Assembly: GCA_027021705.1 (NCBI GenBank)
Contig: JALUTT010000170.1
Span: forward strand, 17,616-81,615
Length of the DNA: 64,000 nt
Source: Anaerolineae bacterium
Lineage (GTDB): Bacteria; Chloroflexota; Anaerolineae; S140-20
Direction of reading: 5' to 3'
The notes under the pieces are model-generated. The model had not been told where the DNA came from, searched no databases, and worked only from the letters and a program-made list of their open reading frames with translations. Made by a program: the position numbers and the translations under genes. Within the stretch, counting starts at the first letter, position 1. Each line of letters opens with the position of its first letter. This document shows positions 9,587 through 18,503 of this stretch, one piece after another.

Positions 9587-10150
9587 TCACTGGGAGAGCA
9601 GGTCTCGGATGGCCTGATCCAGCTCGCCGGGCCTGAAGGGACCCACTTTGGTCAAGACGATGCGTCCCTCTCGATCTATGATGAAGGTCTCGGGAACGCC
9701 GGTGATGCGGTAGGCGTCAGAGATGCGGCTGCGCAGGTCTGGCCCGTTGGGGTAGGTGATGTTGAACTCCTCCAAGTAGGCCCGGGCCTTGCTCTCCGTG
9801 TCCACGTAGTCCACACCCAGGACGACGACCCCCTGGTCCCGGTACTTGCGCCACACCATCTCCAGCTCCTCGGCCTCTCGTCGGCATTCGACACACCAGG
9901 AGGCCCAGAAGTTGACGACGACGATCCGTCCGCGCAGTTGGGAGAGGGTGACCTCGCCGCTGGTGAACTCGTTCTCGTAGCCGCTGAAAATGGGCAGCGT
10001 GAAGTCGGGGGCCAGGCCCGACTCCGGCCGGGTCTGGGACTGGCGGACGAGCCCCCAGCCCAGCAGGCCCAGCAGGGCGAAGGTAACGACCCAGACCAGC
10101 AGACGACCTACGCGCAGACCGGTTTTTGGCTGCACCGCTTCTTCTGCCAT
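9587..10150 (-). CDS. TlpA/CcmG-like thioredoxin
   Basis: TM, APDFTL, VNFWASWCVEC, GVPETF; adjacent to ccmH. Confidence 0.9.
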   Translation of the reverse strand: MAEEAVQPKTGLRVGRLLVWVVTFALLGLLGWGLVRQSQTRPESGLAPDFTLPIFSGYENEFTSGEVTLSQLRGRIVVVNFWASWCVECRREAEELEMVWRKYRDQGVVVLGVDYVDTESKARAYLEEFNITYPNGPDLRSRISDAYRITGVPETFIIDREGRIVLTKVGPFRPGELDQAIRDLLSQ

Positions 10151-10154
10151 CGCC

Positions 10155-10652
10155 TCACTCCCACTCACGCAGCTCCCGCTCCAGGCGGGCGACGTAATCT
10201 TCGGGTAGGTCGCTGCTGGCCCGTACCGGTGAAGGTTCAACGGGGATGGTCGCGGTAGCCACCGTCCGTCTCCCCATCCAGCGTCGGAAGAGTTGGATCA
10301 TAATGCCGATGCCCGCCAGGGTCCCTACCACAGGCAGGATCCAGACCCAGAGGGCGAAACCTGCCTGGCGGGGGAGGGCCCGCACCCGGTCTCCATACCG
10401 CTCGGTAAAGTAGTTGATCACCTCTTGATCACTGTAACCAGCAGCCAGCAGTTCACCGATCTGCTCTCGCCAGTCAGCACAGGCTTGGGTCTCGCACACG
10501 TCCAGGGGGGTGTTCTCGCAGACGGGACAGTAGAGTTGCTTGGCCACACGGTTGATGTCGTCCTTGGTGACCTCGCCGCCTTGGGCATAGACGACGCCAA
10601 CCAAGAGCAGGCTGATGAGCGCAAGCCCTATCCATAGCCACCATCTCTTCAT
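10155..10652 (-). CDS. ccmH: Cytochrome c biogenesis protein CcmH
   Basis: LYCPVCEN, YFTERYGDRV, WVWILP. Confidence 0.92.
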   Translation of the reverse strand: MKRWWLWIGLALISLLLVGVVYAQGGEVTKDDINRVAKQLYCPVCENTPLDVCETQACADWREQIGELLAAGYSDQEVINYFTERYGDRVRALPRQAGFALWVWILPVVGTLAGIGIMIQLFRRWMGRRTVATATIPVEPSPVRASSDLPEDYVARLERELREWE

Positions 10653-10699
10653 TGGGGTTACCTCCTCCAGAGGTCGGAGCCTCCGGTGATGCGCCCCTT

Positions 10700-12694
10700 C
10701 TAAACCTGTTGGGGTGCGATGGTCAGGCGCGGCATCACCATCCGTCGCTCCGCCTCAAAATCGGGCCAGCCGGCCACCAAAGTCCCTACCACGAAGATCA
10801 GCCCTCCTAGCCACAGCCAGTTCACCAACGGGTTGATGTAGACGCGGAAGGTGGCTGTCGCTCCACCACTTTCCCAACCTGTCAGGAGCACGTAGACATC
10901 TTCGGCCATCGTGCTGCGCAAGGCCGGGATCGTCATCGTCTGCTGGGTGTTCTGATAGAACTCCCGCTTGGGGTGGACGGTCTTGAGCAGTTGGTCACCC
11001 TGGTAGATCTCCACCGTGGCTTCGGTGACTATCAAGTCTCCGGGGCCTGGGTAGGTACGTAGCGTCCGATAGACGGTTCGGAAACCGCCGATCTCCAGCG
11101 ATTCCCCAGGCCGCAAGGTCCCCTCGGTATCCTGCTGGAAGAACTCGGTGCCGATGATGCCCAGGGCCATGCAGACGACACCCAGGTGGACGATGTAGCC
11201 GCCGTAGCGCCGCCGATTCCGCCCGGCCAGCCGCCAAAAGGCCACCAGCCAAGGCTCCCCTCGGGCACGGCGCCGGGCGATCACGCCTCGGACGTACTCC
11301 CACAGGGTAGTGACGCCCACGAAGGTCACGAGGAGGAAGCCCAGCAGTGCCCCCCAGGAGTGCACTCCCCGCAGGAAGAGGCCGATGACAACGACCACGG
11401 CGATCAGGAAGGGCCACCATAAGCTGCGTCCCAGCCGCTGGGCGGCCGTCTTCCGCCAGGCCATCAGCGGGGCGATGCCCATCAGGGCCAACAGCAGGGC
11501 GAACTGGGGTGCAGTCACTCGGTCGAACCATGGGGGACCGACGGTGATCTTCTCGCCCGTCACCAACTCAGAAACCATCGGCGAGATGGTGCCGATGAAG
11601 ACCGAGAAGGTCAGGGTTATGAAGAGCATATTGTTGAGCAAAAAGGCCGCTTCCCGCGAGAGCAGGGCGTCCAGCCGGTTCTCCGACTTCAGATCGTCCA
11701 ACCGCCGCAGCAACGTGGCCACCGAGGCCACAGCCGTCACGGCGATGAAGGAGAAGAAGAGGGGGCCAACGGCTGACTGGGCAAAGGAGTGCACGGACGA
11801 GATAACGCCGCTACGGGTGATGAAGGTGCCGAAGATCACCAATCCGTAGGTGAGAATGATCAACACCATATTCCAGACCTTCAGCATGCCCCGCTTCTCC
11901 TGAATCATCACCGAGTGCAAGAAGGCGGTGCCGGTCAGCCAGGGCATGAAGGCCGCGTTCTCCACCGGGTCCCAGGCCCAATAACCTCCCCAACCCAGCA
12001 CGTCGTAGGCCCATCGCCCGCCCAGCAGCAACCCCAAACTGAGGAAGAGCCAGGCTGCCAGCGTCCAGCGGCGGGTCACCCGGATCCAGTGGGGATCCGT
12101 GCGGCGGGTGACCAGGGCGGCCATAGCGAAGGCATAGGGGATGACGAACCCCACATAGCCTAGATAGAGCGTCGGCGGGTGAGCGACCATTCCCGGATGG
12201 CGCAGCAGCGGGTTCAGCCCTTGACCATCGGGAGGGATGAAGGAGAGCTTTTCGAAGGGGTTGGCCACAAAGGTGGTCAGGCCGACGAAGAAGACCAGGG
12301 TGCCTGCGGTCACGAAGATGACGTGGGGCAGCAGCTCCCGGTCCTCATCCCACCGCCGAAGCATCACGATGAAGGTGAAGGAAGCCATCAGGAAGGACCA
12401 GAAGAGCAGCGATCCGTTCTGCCCTCCCCACAAGGCGGTCACCTTCAGGAAGAGGGGCATATCCCGGCTGGAAGTGGTGGCGACGTATTTGAGCTGGAAG
12501 TCTCCCACCACCAGCGCGTAGATGAGAGTGAGGGAAGAGAGGCCGAGGAGGGGGGCCAAGGTCATCGTAGCGTGCCGGGCGCTGTTGACCCACCGCTCCT
12601 CTCCCTTGAAGAAGCCGTACAGGGAAGCGATGGTGGCGTAGACGGCCCCCACCAGAGCCGTCACCATCGCGAGGTAGCCTACGTCAGGAATCAT
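10700..12694 (-). CDS. ccmF: Heme lyase CcmF
   Basis: LWGGQNGSLLFW, GLNPLLRHP, HPP, WGGYWAWDPVEN, TRSG...SVHSF. Confidence 0.97.
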   Translation of the reverse strand: MIPDVGYLAMVTALVGAVYATIASLYGFFKGEERWVNSARHATMTLAPLLGLSSLTLIYALVVGDFQLKYVATTSSRDMPLFLKVTALWGGQNGSLLFWSFLMASFTFIVMLRRWDEDRELLPHVIFVTAGTLVFFVGLTTFVANPFEKLSFIPPDGQGLNPLLRHPGMVAHPPTLYLGYVGFVIPYAFAMAALVTRRTDPHWIRVTRRWTLAAWLFLSLGLLLGGRWAYDVLGWGGYWAWDPVENAAFMPWLTGTAFLHSVMIQEKRGMLKVWNMVLIILTYGLVIFGTFITRSGVISSVHSFAQSAVGPLFFSFIAVTAVASVATLLRRLDDLKSENRLDALLSREAAFLLNNMLFITLTFSVFIGTISPMVSELVTGEKITVGPPWFDRVTAPQFALLLALMGIAPLMAWRKTAAQRLGRSLWWPFLIAVVVVIGLFLRGVHSWGALLGFLLVTFVGVTTLWEYVRGVIARRRARGEPWLVAFWRLAGRNRRRYGGYIVHLGVVCMALGIIGTEFFQQDTEGTLRPGESLEIGGFRTVYRTLRTYPGPGDLIVTEATVEIYQGDQLLKTVHPKREFYQNTQQTMTIPALRSTMAEDVYVLLTGWESGGATATFRVYINPLVNWLWLGGLIFVVGTLVAGWPDFEAERRMVMPRLTIAPQQV

Positions 12695-12739
12695 TGGATC
12701 CTTCTCCTTAAGATGTTGTCCCCCACAGCCTTCCCCGTC

Positions 12740-13264
12740 CTACCCTTTACTCTGGGAAGGTATATCTTCTTCGTAACGGGTCGGGCACTTCAGGAGCAGT
12801 TCGTCGGCGTAGAAGATCCCGTCTTCGCCGAGCTTGCCGGTGACGATCGCCTGGGCCTCGTGTTGCATCAAGTCCGGCTTGGGACCGTGATAGCGGACGG
12901 TGAGCCGAGGGACCTGAGGATCGCTGACTGCCTGGCGGAGGACAACGGCCAACCCACCGGCGGCTTCGATCTCCTTGTTGGAACCCGGGACGTGCGCGAT
13001 GGTGAACTCCAGATCCAGGTTCTGGGCATCGTACACGATGGTGTCCCCGATGACCGCACCGGAGACGCGCACCTGGCGGCCCTGAAGCTCATCACGCCGG
13101 GCCAGGAGTTCTTCGACGGTGAGGAAGTACTCGGCGTGGGCCCCGAAGCTGCTGACGATGAGGTAGGCCACCGCTGCTAGGATGATCAGACCACCCACGT
13201 AGAATTTGGCCCGGGATCTGCCGGCGGTCTGGAGTTCAGTCTTGGGCACAGTCGCTTCCTGCAT
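12740..13264 (-). CDS. ccmE: Heme chaperone CcmE (CxxxY variant)
   Basis: N-terminal TM, VRVSG, YHGPKPD, ELLLKCPTRY. Confidence 0.92.
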   Translation of the reverse strand: MQEATVPKTELQTAGRSRAKFYVGGLIILAAVAYLIVSSFGAHAEYFLTVEELLARRDELQGRQVRVSGAVIGDTIVYDAQNLDLEFTIAHVPGSNKEIEAAGGLAVVLRQAVSDPQVPRLTVRYHGPKPDLMQHEAQAIVTGKLGEDGIFYADELLLKCPTRYEEDIPSQSKG

Positions 13265-13384
13265 TGAGATCCTCCCACAGTCACTGGAGCAAAGCGTGAT
13301 CCTTCACGCCTTTACGCTTCACGGGTTACCTCGACACGGTTCCTTTGCCCGCGTAGACCTCCGAGGTCCGCCAGAGGTCCGAGT

Positions 13385-14389
13385 CTATGACACCCGCTGG
13401 TCCAGGGGCTTGGCCCGGGTGCCACAACGGGGGCAGAAACGGTCTTCCACGGCGAGAGGCGTGCCGCACTGGTGGCAGAAGCCTCCACCTTGGTCCGAGA
13501 CGGAGGTCCTCGGAAGGGCCGGCGCTTTGCGCCGACGTCCTCGCGAGCTCCGTCGTGGCCTCGGAGGTGGGGATGGTGCTGCTGTTGCCATTGTGCGCTG
13601 GGTCCACACCCACCAGATGCCCCCGACGACGATGAGGATCACGGCGACCCCGATCAGGGCTGCGCCCAGGATGGATCGGACGGAGATGCGCTGAGAGGAG
13701 GGGGTGGAAGAGGATGGCCCGGCCACCGGCTCACTCTGCACAGGCGGCGGCATCGCTGAGATGGTGAGGCGATCGTCGGGCTTTTGGTAGGCCACGGTGA
13801 CCTGGAGGGTCTCATCGGCCTGCAGGCTCCCAACCTGCCACCGATGGATGGTGACTCCTTCAGGCCCCGGCGCGGCTTCGGGAAAGGGAGGGGTCAGCGT
13901 GACATTCGTCGCGGAGAGGGGCTCCTTGAAGACGAGGACCATCTCCTGGATCGGGTAGTCACCCGGCCAGGTGAAGGTGTAGCGGCGCTCGTCGCCCTGG
14001 CGTTCCAGGGGTGCATAGTACTCGACTTGGAAGGCGGGCTGATCCATCGTAGCGCGGATGAGGAGCCAATCCCCTACCGGTTCGGTTTCGTAAGGTGCGT
14101 TGAGGAGCTCTCCGCGCTCGTTGGCCACGGCCACCGCTGTCGGCCCCCCCGCATCCGCGGGGATCCGCAGTTCCACTGTAATGGGCAGCGTCACCTCGTC
14201 CGCCAGTCGGCCCCGGTAGATGACCAGCATCGAGGACCGATCGTATTCCGGCCACAGCTCAACGATCAGCGAAACCAGGGAGACCGATGGCAACTGCGCC
14301 CACGCTAGGGCGGCTTGGGGGATCAGCATACCCCCGATGAGCAGGAGCGTCAAGATCACGGTCTGTCGTCGCATCACGGACCCGTTCAA
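13385..14389 (-). CDS. Secreted/membrane protein with C-terminal zinc ribbon
   Basis: Signal peptide, LWPEYD domain, TM, FCHQCG...FCPRCG. Confidence 0.8.
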   Translation of the reverse strand: MNGSVMRRQTVILTLLLIGGMLIPQAALAWAQLPSVSLVSLIVELWPEYDRSSMLVIYRGRLADEVTLPITVELRIPADAGGPTAVAVANERGELLNAPYETEPVGDWLLIRATMDQPAFQVEYYAPLERQGDERRYTFTWPGDYPIQEMVLVFKEPLSATNVTLTPPFPEAAPGPEGVTIHRWQVGSLQADETLQVTVAYQKPDDRLTISAMPPPVQSEPVAGPSSSTPSSQRISVRSILGAALIGVAVILIVVGGIWWVWTQRTMATAAPSPPPRPRRSSRGRRRKAPALPRTSVSDQGGGFCHQCGTPLAVEDRFCPRCGTRAKPLDQRVS

Positions 14390-14467
14390 CGTTGAGGGGC
14401 CGGCTGGGTGGGGGATTCATACCACCTAAATTGGCCAATCTGGACCGGCTCCGTTATGTTGGACCTG

Positions 14468-14496
14468 ATTATACCACACAACAGGGAGGGCTTCAA
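14468..14496 (-). promoter_or_regulatory. Sigma70-type promoter for ccm operon
   Basis: TTGAAG-17 bp-TATAAT with extended TG (TGTGGTATAAT) on the minus strand. Confidence 0.65.
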
Positions 14497-14557
14497 CCCG
14501 CCATTGTGCGGATTTTCTCTTACTCGAAAGGGTAGAAGGTGGTAAGGGAGGGCGGTG

Positions 14558-14568
14558 TGTGGTACAAT
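14558..14568 (+). promoter_or_regulatory. Extended -10 element upstream of metG
   Basis: TGTGGTACAAT. Confidence 0.5.
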
Positions 14569-14629
14569 ATCGGGGACGTCGTTCCGGCGCGAGCGGACCT
14601 GCGGCCTTCTGGCCTATCTGCCGTCGGTC

Positions 14630-14749
14630 GTATCTATTCAGCCTACCCTCCCGCAGGTCACCGGTCGAGGGCACTTTCAGCCCCGATGGGCTATTTGAAG
14701 CACGGTTTCGCGTCGGAAACGCGCCTAGCCTGCGGGAGGGTGACAGTTA
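14630..14749. repeat. REPIN/MITE-like element copy 1
   Basis: IR ACCCTCCCGCAGG (14645-14657) / CCTGCGGGAGGGT (14729-14741), 71-bp spacer; inverted relative to copies 2 and 3. Confidence 0.9.
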
Positions 14750-14799
14750 GTCGGTCTGGCTGCCGTCGGTTTGTCTGCTGCTCACAAGGGGAGGAGAAG

Positions 14800-16581
14800 A
14801 TGGCGCGCAACATCCTGGTGGCCGTTGCCTGGCCTTACGCTTCCGCCAACATCCACGTGGGAAACCTGGGGGGCGCTTACCTGCCGGCCGACATCTACGC
14901 CCGCTACCACCGACTGGCCGGCGACCGGGTCCTGATGGTCTCCGGCTCCGACAGCCACGGCACCCCCATCACCGTGGCCGCCGACCGGGAGGGCGTGCAC
15001 CCCCGCGATCTCTTCGAGCGCTACCACCGCCACTTCCTGGACCTCTTCGTGGCGATGGGGTTGAGCTACGACCTCTTCACCCACACCGACACGGAGAACC
15101 ACCACCGGGTGGCCCAGGACATCTTCCTGCGGCTGCACGAGAACGGCTTCCTCCTGCGCAAGCGGGAGAAACAGCTCTATTCCACCACCGAGGGCCGCTT
15201 CCTGCCCGACCGCTACGTGGAGGGCACCTGCCCCTTCTGCGGCTACGAGCACGCCCGGGGCGACCAGTGCGAGCACTGCGGTCGGCTGATGGACCCCCTG
15301 GAGCTGATCAACCCCCGCAGCCGCATTGACGGCAGCACCCCCATCGTGCGGGAGACAGAGCACTTCTACCTCAATCTGCCCGCCTTCAGCGAGGCCCTCA
15401 AAGCCTGGCTCCAGGCCGGCAAGGCCCACTGGCGGCCCCAGGTCCTCAACTTCGCCCGCAACATGGTCGAGCAGGGGCTCCAGCCCCGCCCCATCACCCG
15501 CGATCTGGACTGGGGCATCCCGGTTCCCCTCCCCGGCTGGGAGGGCAAGTGCCTCTACGTTTGGTTCGAGGCGGTGATCGGCTACCTCTCCGCCTCCATC
15601 GAGTGGGCTCAACACCGGGGGACGCCCGAGGTCTGGAAGGATTGGTGGTACGACCCCGAGGCCCGCACCACCTACTTCATCGGCAAGGACAACATCGTCT
15701 TCCACGCCGTCATCTGGCCGGCCCAACTGATGGGCACCGTCCGCCTCTACGAGGATGACCCCGACCGGCGTCTCAACCTCCCCTGGCACGTCCCGGCCAA
15801 CGAGTTCGTCACCCTGGAGGGGCGGAAGATCTCCGGCAGCCGCAACTGGGCCATCTGGGTGGACGATTACCTGACCCGCTACGACCCCGACCCGCTGCGC
15901 TACTACCTGACGGCCAACGCGCCGGAGACGCGGGACACCGACTTCTCCTGGGCCGACTTCCTGCGCCGCAACAACGACGAACTGGTCGCCACCTGGGGCA
16001 ACCTGGTCCACCGCACCCTCAACTTCGCCTACCGGAACTTCGAGGGGCGGATCCCCATCCCCGGCTTGATGGACCAGCGGGACGTGGAGCTGCTGGCGAC
16101 CATAGACGTCGCCTTCAAGCCCATCGGCCGGCTCATCGAGGTCGCCCAGTTCAAGGCCGCCCTGAGCGAGGTGATGGCTCTGGCCCGCCAGGTCAACGCC
16201 TACTTGGACGAGAAGAGCCCCTGGTTCCAGATCAAGGAGGACCGGCAGGCGGCCGGCACGACCATCTACGTGGCATTGCGGGCCATTGATTCCCTCAAGG
16301 TCCTCTTCTCTCCCTTCCTCCCCTTCTCCAGCCAGCGGCTCCACGAGATGCTGGGTTATGAGGGGACCATCATCGGCGAGCAGCGGATCGAACTCTACCG
16401 GGAGCGGGAGCGGACCCACCTGGCCCTGACCTACGACGGCAGCCGGTTGGCGGCGTCGTGGAAGGCCAGCGAACTGCCGGCCGGTCAGCCCCTGGCCAAG
16501 CCCAAGCCCCTCTTCAAGAAGCTGGACGAGTCCATCGTTGAGGAAGAGTTGGCCCGGCTGCGAGCCGGAAGTGCTGGGTAG
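14800..16581 (+). CDS. metG: Methionine--tRNA ligase
   Basis: VAWPYA..HVGN, SGSDSHGTPI, FLPDRYVEGTCP, TRDLDWG, YVWFEA, FIGKDN, KISGS; GAGGAG RBS. Confidence 0.97.
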   Translation: MARNILVAVAWPYASANIHVGNLGGAYLPADIYARYHRLAGDRVLMVSGSDSHGTPITVAADREGVHPRDLFERYHRHFLDLFVAMGLSYDLFTHTDTENHHRVAQDIFLRLHENGFLLRKREKQLYSTTEGRFLPDRYVEGTCPFCGYEHARGDQCEHCGRLMDPLELINPRSRIDGSTPIVRETEHFYLNLPAFSEALKAWLQAGKAHWRPQVLNFARNMVEQGLQPRPITRDLDWGIPVPLPGWEGKCLYVWFEAVIGYLSASIEWAQHRGTPEVWKDWWYDPEARTTYFIGKDNIVFHAVIWPAQLMGTVRLYEDDPDRRLNLPWHVPANEFVTLEGRKISGSRNWAIWVDDYLTRYDPDPLRYYLTANAPETRDTDFSWADFLRRNNDELVATWGNLVHRTLNFAYRNFEGRIPIPGLMDQRDVELLATIDVAFKPIGRLIEVAQFKAALSEVMALARQVNAYLDEKSPWFQIKEDRQAAGTTIYVALRAIDSLKVLFSPFLPFSSQRLHEMLGYEGTIIGEQRIELYRERERTHLALTYDGSRLAASWKASELPAGQPLAKPKPLFKKLDESIVEEELARLRAGSAG

Positions 16582-16585
16582 TCGC

Positions 16586-16746
16586 TTGGTCACTCGGTCG
16601 GGTGGTCGAGTGGTCGGATGGTCGGGTGGTCCTCAGTCCTTGGTCCTTAGTCCTCGGCCCGCCGCCAGGCCGCTAGGCCGCTAGGCGCTAGGCCGCCAGG
16701 TCGCTTGGTCGTATGCAGTCTCCACTCCTCAGTCCTCGGTCCTCGG
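16586..16746. repeat. Mixed 7/8-bp tandem repeats (GGTCGGGT, GTCCTCA, GCCGCTAG)
   Basis: ggtcgggtggtcgagtggtcggatggtcgggtggtc; gtcctcagtccttggtccttagtcctc; gccgctaggccgctagg. Confidence 0.75.
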
Positions 16747-18212
16747 TGCCTGATGCCCATCGCGCGGTTGGCGGTCGGTGGCCCGGTGGGGTGCTGCTCC
16801 TGATCCTCCTGGCCTACCTGGTCATCGGCTTCCTCTACGCGGCCAAGACGCCCGCCTGGCAGGTTCCCGACGAGCCGGCCCACTACAACTACATCCGCCA
16901 CCTGGCGGAGACGGGCCGCTTCCCCGTCCTGGAGATGGGGGACTACGACCAGGACTACCTGGCCCGCCTCGCCGCCGAGCGCTTCCCCCCGGACCTCCCC
17001 ATCGAGCCCCTGGAGTACGAGGACCATCAGCCGCCCCTCTACTACCTCCTGGCCGCGCCCCTCTACCGGCTGGCGGGGGGCAGGCTGCTCCCCTTGCGCC
17101 TCCTCTCCCTGCTGCTGGGGGCCGGCCTGATTCCCCTGGCCTACGCCGTCGCCCACACCCTCTACCCCCACCGCCCGGCCATCGCCCTGGGGACGGCAGC
17201 CTTCGTCGCCTTCCTGCCCCAGCACGTGGCGATGATGGCCGGCGTCAACAACGACGCTCTGGCCGAACTGCTCCTGGCTGCCATCCTCTGGCTGGCCCTG
17301 CGGGAGCGGCGGGGGGAGGGCCGGGGCCGGGGGGAGCGGCTGGGGCTGGGGCTGCTGCTGGGGCTAGGGCTGCTCACCAAGACGACCGTCTACGTTGCCC
17401 TGCCCGTCGTCCTGGCCGCCCTGGCCCTGCGCCGGTGGGGGGATCGCCGGGGGCTGGGGAGGGCGGCGTTCCTGGTGCTGGGGCCGGCCTTCCTGCTGGC
17501 CTTCCCCTGGTGGCTGCGCAACGTCGCCCTCTACGGATGGCCCGACTTCCTGGGGCTGATCCGGCACGACGCCGTCGTCGTCGGTCAGCCCCGCACGGCC
17601 GCTTGGATCGCCGGCCACGGCTTCGGAGGCTGGCTGAGGCGGGGTCTGCTCTTCACCTTCCAGAGCTTCTGGGGGCAGTTCGGCTGGATGGGGGTGGTGA
17701 TGGACGCCCGGCTCTATCAGGGGCTGGTCCTCTTCTCGGCGCTGGCCGCCCTGGGGTGGGGGCTGGCGGTCCTGGAGGCGAGGGGCCGGCGACCGACCGC
17801 CGGGCCGGGAGGGGGTGGGCTGCTTGCCTTCGCCGCCGGGCTGACGCTGCTGAGCTACCTGGGGTACAACCTCACCTTCGTCCAGCACCAGGGCCGTTAC
17901 CTCTTCCCGGCCCTGGTGCCCATCGCTCTGGCGGTAGCGCTGGGGTGGGAGCGGCTGCTGGAGCCACCGACGGCCCGGCGGGTGGCCGGGGGGCTGGTCC
18001 TCCTGCTGTTTCTGCTGGCCGGCGCGGGCCTCCTGCGGGGGGACCTGCCCCTCTGGCCGATGGGCTGGGTAGGGCTGGCCGCCGTCGGCCTGGGAGGGCT
18101 CTCCCTGGCCCCGGCGGGGCTGCGCCGCCTGACCTTCGCCCTCCCCTACCTCGCCCTCGCCCTCCTCGACCTCTACGCCCTCTTCCGCTTCATCCTGCCG
18201 GCGCTGGGCTAG
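16713..18212 (+). CDS. GT-C fold glycosyltransferase (ArnT/PMT family 39, DUF2142-like)
   Basis: PDEPAHYNY, HQPPLYY, VNND, QGRYLFP, many TM helices; start uncertain. Confidence 0.85.
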   Translation: MQSPLLSPRSSVPDAHRAVGGRWPGGVLLLILLAYLVIGFLYAAKTPAWQVPDEPAHYNYIRHLAETGRFPVLEMGDYDQDYLARLAAERFPPDLPIEPLEYEDHQPPLYYLLAAPLYRLAGGRLLPLRLLSLLLGAGLIPLAYAVAHTLYPHRPAIALGTAAFVAFLPQHVAMMAGVNNDALAELLLAAILWLALRERRGEGRGRGERLGLGLLLGLGLLTKTTVYVALPVVLAALALRRWGDRRGLGRAAFLVLGPAFLLAFPWWLRNVALYGWPDFLGLIRHDAVVVGQPRTAAWIAGHGFGGWLRRGLLFTFQSFWGQFGWMGVVMDARLYQGLVLFSALAALGWGLAVLEARGRRPTAGPGGGGLLAFAAGLTLLSYLGYNLTFVQHQGRYLFPALVPIALAVALGWERLLEPPTARRVAGGLVLLLFLLAGAGLLRGDLPLWPMGWVGLAAVGLGGLSLAPAGLRRLTFALPYLALALLDLYALFRFILPALG

Positions 18213-18221
18213 GTCCTGCTA

Positions 18222-18488
18222 CCCCTGAATCCCTGAAGCCCCTGAGGATTTGATGAAGGCACTGACGGCCCGGCCGCCCCATCCCAGTGCCCTCAGTCCT
18301 TTCAGTTGATTCGTTTATTCGTTCCCCCATTCGTTGGCTCATCGGTCAACGAATTGCCAACGAATAAACGAATGTGGTCCGACGAATGCGGTCCGTGGCA
18401 CCCGTTGACTCGTTGACTCGTTGACTCGCTGACTCGCTGACTCGCTGATTCGTTGATTCGTTCCCCCATTCGTTGACCGACTGAGTCG
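18222..18488. repeat. Octamer (TTGACTCG/TTGATTCG) and nonamer (CCCTGAATC) tracts between convergent genes
   Basis: cgttgactcgttgactcgttgactcgctgactcgctgactcgctgattcgttgattcg; duplicated attcgttcccccattcgttg. Confidence 0.85.
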
Positions 18489-18503
18489 AGGCGCAAGGGA
18501 AGG

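Noticed and set aside
14539..14799. N-terminal extension of metG in the ORF track
   Set aside because: Reads through REPIN copy 1; the real start is ATG 14800 with an RBS.
14570..14800. T-box or SAM riboswitch upstream of metG
   Set aside because: No T-box or S-box consensus seen; the leader is occupied by the repeat element.
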